The position numbers and the translations under genes are program-made. A DNA stretch of 58,969 nucleotides from Octopus bimaculoides (lineage: Eukaryota), in assembly GCF_001194135.2 (NCBI RefSeq), contig NC_068982.1:100685630-100744598 (forward strand), given 5' to 3'. Below the pieces are notes generated by a model. That model made no database searches. It worked only from the letters and a program-made list of their open reading frames with translations, and was not told where the DNA came from. Below, in pieces: positions 51,358 through 58,969 of the stretch. How positions within the stretch are numbered: the first letter of the stretch is position 1; each line of letters begins with the position of its first letter.

Positions 51358-51635
51358 TAATAATAATAATAATAATCAATAATAATAATAATGATGATGG
51401 TTTCAAATTCTGGTACAAGGCCAAAAATTTTGAGGGAAGGAGTAAGTTGATTACATCGACTGACAATACTTGACTGGTATTTATTTCACCAACCCTGAAA
51501 TGATGGAAGCAAAGTTGAACCTGGCAACATATGAACTTAGAACTCTAAGACAGACAAGATGCTGCTTAGTATTTTGTCTGGTATTTTAATTATTCGGTCA
51601 GCTCACTGCCATTATGATGATGATAATAATAATAA

Positions 51636-52640
51636 TAATAAGCTGGGAGAGGTAAATATCAAAAGAGGAATCTTTCAAGGTGACAGTCTGTCATCTCTTC
51701 TATTTGTTGTCCGCATACTGCCACTAACGAACGTATTAAGAAAGATGCATGTGGGCAACTGTGCAGATGATTAGCAAAGATATTGGCATGGAATTTGGGA
51801 TCAAGAAATGTGGTGTAATGATTCTTAGAAAGGGGAAAATCAGTAAAAGCCATGGGATCAAGCTGGAAAGTGGTGAAACTATAAAGGAATTCGGAGAGGA
51901 AGAATATAAGTACCTGGGTATCATTGAAAGAGATAAGATGATTGAACACAAGATGAAAGAAAGGTACAGGAAAGAACATTTGAAGAGAATTCAGCCTGTG
52001 CTCCAATTGAAGCTAAATGGCCACTTTAATATTAGAGCAATTAACACGTGGGCGGCTGCTTTGTTGAGATATGGGGCAGGATTAGCATCTTGGAAGAAGA
52101 ATGAATTACAAGAGATAGACTGGAGAACACATAAATTAATGACAATGAACAAGGAACTTCACCCCAAGAGTGATGTGTCAAGATTGTGTGTAAAGAGGAA
52201 AGAAGGAAGATAGGGATTAGTGTGTTTTGAAGGTTGTGTATGGGAAGAGGGGAAAATAGCCTGGCTTGGTATGTCAAGGGGAGTAAAGAAGAAATGATTG
52301 AAGCAGTGAAAATGCAGGGAACCTTAAAAATGAGCGAGGCCATAGATCCAACACAATTTAAGAAAGACCAGAGAGAACAAATGATGAAAATTTGGCAGGG
52401 CAAGAAAATGCACAGTCAGTTCTTGAAGAATAAAGATGAGATTGATTGGAATAGAACCTGGCAATGGCTGCAGAAAGGAAACTTAAAAGGGCCCACTGAG
52501 GCATTAGTGTGCAGCACTCAAGAACAAATTCTCAGAACAAACTACTCCAAATATCACATTGATAAAAGCACTGACTCGCCACAGTGTAGGTTGTGTTCTG
52601 AGAAGGGAGAAAATACAAGCCATATTGTTAGAAAGCTTTC
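51636..52640 (+). mobile_element. R4/Dong-clade LINE RT/thumb/CCHC fragment with internal deletion
   Basis: RGIFQGDSLS..., FSKDIGMEFGI-KC-like, YKYLG, CRLC..ENTSHIV; the YxDD motif is missing. Confidence 0.88.
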
Positions 52641-55600
52641 TTACACTGGCTGATGCAAGGCTACAGATTGAAGGAAAGTTGGAGGAGAATGGTTTGATAA
52701 CCCCCTAGTATGCTAACTGGTACTTATTAATGGAAACTTGGAGGAAGGAATGGAAGAAAAAATCAACCCTTTGTAGTGTTTGAAGTCAAAATGCCAACAG
52801 GTAAAATTAGACACTGTAAGATATTTCGCCCAATGGTCTACCTTGTTAGCTATCTCTATTGTGGTTGTTTCTCCTTTGATGTTGCCCTCAATGGCTTATG
52901 TCCTTGTGGCCAATAAAAGACATTATTATTATCATTTTTATTATTATTATTATTAATAAAAAGAAATATAACAAACAACAAAAAGTGGTGGTGGTGGTGG
53001 CGATGGTGGAGGAAGAAGAAGAGGAGGAAGACGAGGAGGATAGGAAAGGAAGGAGAACAATCTTGACTGAAATGGTAAAATCTTTAAGCAAAAGGGGAAA
53101 AAGGATAGATATTGTAGCATTCATGACTTTCTTAAAAGATTTTAGCAACATTAAGGTGTAGTTGTTGTTGTTGTTGTTATTGTCCTGTAGCCCCAGGCAA
53201 GCTTTGATCATGCAGATTTATTGCATAACTAGAATAATTTCAACCTTGTGTGTTTAAAACTAGTATCTTATGGACTCAGTTTATCTAGAATATACATTGC
53301 ACCATGATGCTTGTCATATTAACAACAGTAATAAAAATAATAATAATGATGATGGTGATGGTAATAATGATGATGCTGATGACGTTGCTAATGAAAATAG
53401 TAATATACAATAATAAATGAGAATAATTTTAATGTGATAATAATAAAAATAGTAATGACAAGAATAATATACTGACATTTTTTTACACTTTTTTTAAATT
53501 TCTGGTCACCATGGAGTTATGTTCATTTAGGGTTTAAAAAGAAAATTAAGGAAGAAATGATTCCTCTGTTGAGGAGAGACATTTCTAGGGGTGAAAAAAG
53601 GAAAAGAAAAAAATATATTTTCAGGCTAAGAAAAATTGGTGGAATCCAGAATTTGAGAAACTTTGAAGAAGACAAAATAAAAAAAAATAAAAATTCAAAA
53701 GATGGGGCAAAAGATTTCTATAATTAAGGGCAAAAAATCCGAAAAAAAAAAAAATTTTACTGTCTCTACAAGAGGAAAATTTTTCGAACCAGTTCTAGCA
53801 CAGCATGTATTAAACAGTTATCATATCACAGTTGGATGGGGTTAGGGAAGATGGGATATGGTTTCTATTGAGCAGTTTATCACAGAGTGATTGTCAGTGT
53901 GAAAAAGGAACATTTCTCATCTTGTACTTCAAAAGTTGGGTAACTGACTTTGGTAGGAATATATAGCAAGCTAGCGATAAAATTTAATTGAAGAAAAAAA
54001 AAACAAAAACATTAACATAAATACAAAAAACGAAAAAAACTACAAACAATTAGAACTGTCTTTAGTCTTTTGATTTGGAAGTTTGGATTTGGTCTTAGCA
54101 GAGGTATAAACTGTTATGTTTCATTTATTTTTATTTTTTTATTTTCATATATTCTTTCAAGAACTAAAAGGAAACTAATAAACAATAGGAGTGTATATAT
54201 ATACAANNNNNNNNNNNNNNNNNNNNNNNNNNNNNNNNNNNNNNNNNNNNNNNNNNNNNNNNNNNNNNNNNNNNNNNNNNNNNNNNNNNNNNNNNNNNNN
54301 NNNNNNNNNNNNNNNNNNNNNNNNNNNNNNNNNNNNNNNNNNNNNNNNNNNNNNNNNNNNNNNNNNNNNNNNNNNNNNNNNNNNNNNNNNNNNNNNNNNN
54401 NNNNNNNNNNNNNNNNNNNNNNNNNNNNNNNNNNNNNNNNNNNNNNNNNNNNNNNNNNNNNNNNNNNNNNNNNNNNNNNNNNNNNNNNNNNNNNNNNNNN
54501 NNNNNNNNNNNNNNNNNNNNNNNNNNNNNNNNNNNNNNNNNNNNNNNNNNNNNNNNNNNNNNNNNNNNNNNNNNNNNNNNNNNNNNNNNNNNNNNNNNNN
54601 NNNNNNNNNNNNNNNNNNNNNNNNNNNNNNNNNNNNNNNNNNNNNNNNNNNNNNNNNNNNNNATATATATATATGTATATATAACATACTTATGTGTGTG
54701 TCTGCATATATATATAAACATATAAATATATGACTATATAAATAATGTGTCATATATAAACATACACAAATGCACACACACATACTTATACATATGCACA
54801 CATGTCACGCACTCATACATGTACATATGACACACTAATGGTTTCATTTCATATAGACCCTTAATTTTCTTAATTGCTTCCAATGAAAGTGAGCTAATTG
54901 ATGAATTACATGCGGTAATTGATCAGAAAAGATATTCTATCTAGAGAGGGAGCCTGAGTTTAATGTTTCTCATTCATGTCAAGAACACTAGACTAGAGAG
55001 GCTATTCATTAAAATGAAATCATTAAAGCTGCTAACAGACATTGGAATAACCAATCAATTATTAATACCCGCTAATTAAGTTTGAAGACTTTAAACAGCT
55101 GTAGATAATGCCAAGGTTTTGTGCCCATAAATAAACCATAAAGAGATTGACATTTGTTGTTGTTGTTGCTGTTATTGTTGTTGTTCTCGATGGTTTTGTT
55201 TTGTCTACTAGTTTCTTTTTATCTATTCATGGCTCTTTTAATACAGGGCAACATGTGTCAGTTATGACATTCATGACTGAATCCATATGATTGATTTTTT
55301 TTTATAGTATTTTCCTAATTTCTATAACAANNNNNNNNNNNNNNNNNNNNNNNNNNNNNNNNNNNNNNNNNNNNNNNNNNNNNNNNNNNNNNNNNNNNNN
55401 NNNNNNNNNNNNNNNNNNNNNNNNNNNNNNNNNNNNNNNNNNNNNNNNNNNNNNNNNNNNNNNNNNNNATATATGTATGTATTAAATGTCAAAATTTGTC
55501 AACAAAAGCAAGAAAGGGCACTCACTATTTGGTGTTTGTGATTTAGTTAATCTGAATGATTTTGTTCAAGACTTGAGTTTCATGCTATTGCAATTTTCAG

Positions 55601-56580
55601 GCAAGAACTATTTTAACTATTTTCTCTCAGTATTCTTGTTGGTTCTATATATATCTGAATAGGTTCATTCTATAGTTATAGTTTTAAAATTTTTATTAGC
55701 TGATTTCTAATGCTTTATGAGATGTGTCATTATTTCATTTGCTAAGTTCATTGATTGTACCTTTTCCATGGATTGGCTTCACTGATGTTATTCTATATAT
55801 TGTCCTTCAAATTCTGTTGGTCTGAAGTTATTTTTATGAAATTAATTATCTAAATATCATTGCCATTGGTCAGTTCAATAGTCAAGCTCTTTATCTGTGT
55901 AATCAAATCCAGTTTTTCAAACCTGTCTCATGTTTAACTAGAACTGTTTATTTGTTTTTTTCCCCTTATTCATTGGTTCATTCAGTAATTGTCTTGTATT
56001 TGCCTGTTGATTACATTGTTTATATCCTGCCTGGTTAATGTTGGTCTGTCTACTTCGTAAATTATTATTTCAACATCACTAAAGATATCTGACAGCACTG
56101 AAGATATTTTCAGTATATTCTGAGAGTTTGTGTACATGGGTTGCATTATATCTCCCATTTCATGACCCTAATATATCATGTTTACTTTTCGCAAAATTTT
56201 GTTGTCATTATTTTGATGTTAGCATTTTTCTACCTCTACTGGTATTTACCCTGCTGTTATATTAGTGGGTATTTACATTATTTGTAGATCAGAGCAGGAT
56301 GCAATTATGCAACAAACAAGTGGAGACAAAACAACTATTGAACTGGTCAACAAGAAATGATGTGCAGGTATGAAATTTCAAAAATGCAACTTTGTTCTAA
56401 CAAGGTACAAAAAAATGTTATACAGATAAGCAATAGTAAAGTACATAAGTAAAAAAATAGAACAACAGGAAATGAAGGAACAACCATGGACAATGCCCTG
56501 ATAAAAGAACATTAGAAAGGAGTTAAAAGAAATGATAGCTACAACAAAAGACTGAACTTGTTCTGATACACACACACACA

Positions 56581-56615
<35 letters not shown>

Positions 56616-57529
56616 NNNNNNNNNNNNNNNNNNNNNNNNNNNNNNNNNNNNNNNNNNNNNNNNNNNNNNNNNNNNNNNNNNNNNNNNNNNNNNNNNNNNN
56701 NNNNNNNNNNNNNNNNNNNNNNNNNNNNNNNNNNNNNNNNNNNNNNNNNNNNNNNNNNNNNNNNNNNNNNNNNNNNNNNNNNNNNNNNNNNNNNNNNNNN
56801 NATATATATATATATAAAAGCAACCCAAATACCAACTGAGAACAGTTCTTGCCTGTGGATTGCAGTGACATCAAACTCAAGTTGAGAGAAAAATAAAATT
56901 AAATTAAAAAAAAAGGATTCAGTTCATATAAATCCATTTTATGTGTTTGTGTCTGCAAGTGTGTATTTAGCAAAACTGAGTTTCATTAGTTGTGGTGTCT
57001 CAGATATTTAGTTATCAAAAAATTGCTGTTTTCAATTTAGAATGCCTTTAGAGTTATGCCCATTAAAACCATTTAAGACAGACATTTAGCAAATGTTCCT
57101 TCATTTTAAAGAAACCTTTTTTTTTTAACAAATGTTTATTCGTATTTCCCTTCAAAAAAATAAAAGAAAAATGAATCAAGTATTATTTGTGAAATTGTTT
57201 ATAAAATGGACTTTTTCCCATAAAACTGGTTCAGAATTTTACCTCTAGAATTCAAGCAAATATTTGCTATATTTTATTTTAATGTATTTTTTTTTCCATT
57301 AGAAGGACAGTAAACAGAGCATGGAAAAAGATGGTTAATTTCATCTTAATACCATCAGGTTTGGCAATGTCACATCACTTTGATGATTCTTTAAGAAATA
57401 TAACTTATTGCCAAATTGCCATAACCATTCTTAGTGAATGAATGTAAGTTCCAGAATGAGCATTCAAGTTTTCTGATTGCATTCATATGAGATTATGGAT
57501 TTCAAATCGAGATCTTAGTCCCCAGCATA

Positions 57530-57985
57530 TTATACTTCAGTTTTTTCTGTGTCAAACTTTGCATTGTGGTTTGCATACACTATCTGGGCTTTGCCTCCTG
57601 TTGATGAAAACGTGTTTGCTGGGGAATGAGGTGGTGTAGATGTCTTTCTTTTTTGGTGTAAGAAAACAATAATTCCAACAATAAACAGCAGAAGGAGAAC
57701 TGCAATTGTCACGAAAATAGGAACCATTGGGAATGATTCCACTCTTTTGTTGGTGCCACGCTCCAGTGGTTTTCCTTGAGGATCCAGTAAGATGAAGGCC
57801 ATATTTGTGCCTTTACCATCAATTCCAACACCTTCTATATCAACTGTGGACCGTTTGGGACGATGTCCGGAATGATGAACTTTCACATTGTGATATTCAA
57901 TACTGCGTTTGCCCATAATCGATGCATTCTCTTGAGAACGAATTGTGTATATGACATGGAGGAACCAAGGGCGAATTGGACTAAC
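57530..57985 (-). CDS. FREM2: Terminal exon of a FREM2/ECM3-like (FRAS1 family) single-pass membrane protein
   Basis: tttcag| acceptor at 57987-57986; VSPIRPWFLHVIYTIRSQENASIMGKRSIEYH...GTNM resembles recalled FREM2 W-IHTIYTVRS---GKRSVEYH...GTNI; TM helix (PIFVTIAVLLLLFIVGIIVFL) and C-terminal -TEV. Orthology within the family not tested. Confidence 0.8.
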   Translation of the reverse strand, partial: VSPIRPWFLHVIYTIRSQENASIMGKRSIEYHNVKVHHSGHRPKRSTVDIEGVGIDGKGTNMAFILLDPQGKPLERGTNKRVESFPMVPIFVTIAVLLLLFIVGIIVFLHQKRKTSTPPHSPANTFSSTGGKAQIVYANHNAKFDTEKTEV

Positions 57986-58969
57986 CTGAAATAAAAGAAA
58001 GATTTGCAGAGATGAACATGTGTAAAATAGAAATTATAAACTGCAATTGGAAGAACTATATATGTGTGTAATTGGTATAAACATGTTTATGTGTATATGT
58101 ATATGTGTAGGTGTGTGTATTGAAAACTTCCTTCCAAAAAATTTGTGATTTCTTTTCTTTTTAAATGTTTTAAAAAATATAATTGATCATATTTATTTTA
58201 TGAAAATCTTTCTTTAAATATTGTGACTGTATCAAAGACTTTTTTAAAGATATATATATATATATATATATGTGTATGTATGNNNNNNNNNNATATATAT
58301 ATATATATATATATATGTGTATGTATGTTTTTAAAGAAGATTAAAAGTAGCAAAACACAACTGAAAAAATTACTCAGTACCAAAGTATTGTAGTTCAGTC
58401 AAATATTTTATTTGACAGAAATACAATATTTCTGTCAAAGCTGTCAAAGTTTCACCAATAACAGCTTGTCAAACAATGAAAAAAATAAGGGCAATGTAAA
58501 CAAGAACAAAGATGAGAAATAGTATAAAGAGAAAAAAACTATACAGAATGTGATAGAAGATAGGCAGTTATGAAAGAATCTATAAAAATTTAAATAGAGT
58601 AGTGTTAATCAAAAGGAAAAAAAATTAGCTGGACTTTATGTTTTCAAAAGAAATTGGAAATGAAAGACACTGCTTGTATGATGATGATTCTTGTTTACAG
58701 CTATCATATGATGTCAAGACAAGAAGAGCAAACATTGTATATTGGGTGCTTGTTTTTACAGCTGTTAGGGTCCCTGCTAAAATGATTCAATAAGACAATT
58801 ACTCAGAATGTGGTTTGTTATCTATCAAATGTTATCTATCAAATGAAGGGAATGTTCTTTATGCTGCATATCTCGTTTCTCTGTTTGTTTTTTTCGTTGT
58901 TCGAAAAAAAAGTTCGTTTTCATTCTGTCTACATTTGTTTGATGTCCTGTATCCATATATGCATGTATA

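Noticed and set aside
56288-56367. 80-nt tttgtag|...|gtatga exon-like unit on + strand
   Set aside because: One open frame but no recognisable homology or partner exons; expected by chance in AT-rich DNA.
1-58969. Hammerhead ribozymes associated with retroelements
   Set aside because: The CTGATGA hits I noticed (e.g. ~45245, ~50763) lacked a properly placed GAAA and stems; an Infernal scan would be needed to exclude variants.

Overview
AT-rich, microsatellite-dense animal genomic DNA with 14 N-gaps. The repeat content is typical of an Octopus-like cephalopod (inference, not tested). Three spliced genes can be read by eye, and the ORF track mostly misses them. (1) The last four coding exons of a divergent SLC6 sodium:neurotransmitter symporter (+, 456-4771). 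(2) Five exons of a FAXC / failed-axon-connections (metaxin/GST-like) gene (+, ~25002-39714); its first coding exon was not found. (3) The terminal exon of a FREM2/ECM3-like (FRAS1 family) membrane protein (-, 57985-57530). All splice phases were checked by hand and join in frame. The rest is TE debris: RTE/BovB, R4/Dong and Tx1/L1 LINE fragments, a Merlin transposase relic, Merlin-, Tc1/mariner- and hAT-type MITEs, fold-back elements and several SINE-like families (A-F are my own labels). I found no new multi-gene system. The most unusual items are a tRNA-Thr-like cloverleaf nested inside two layers of inverted repeats (47209-47439), a perfect 89-bp Merlin-type MITE, a FAXC exon that starts with a 5' splice-site motif, a head-to-tail SINE train and a 219-bp local templated copy. 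TE boundaries without TSDs are approximate, and all homology calls are from motif recall, not database searches.
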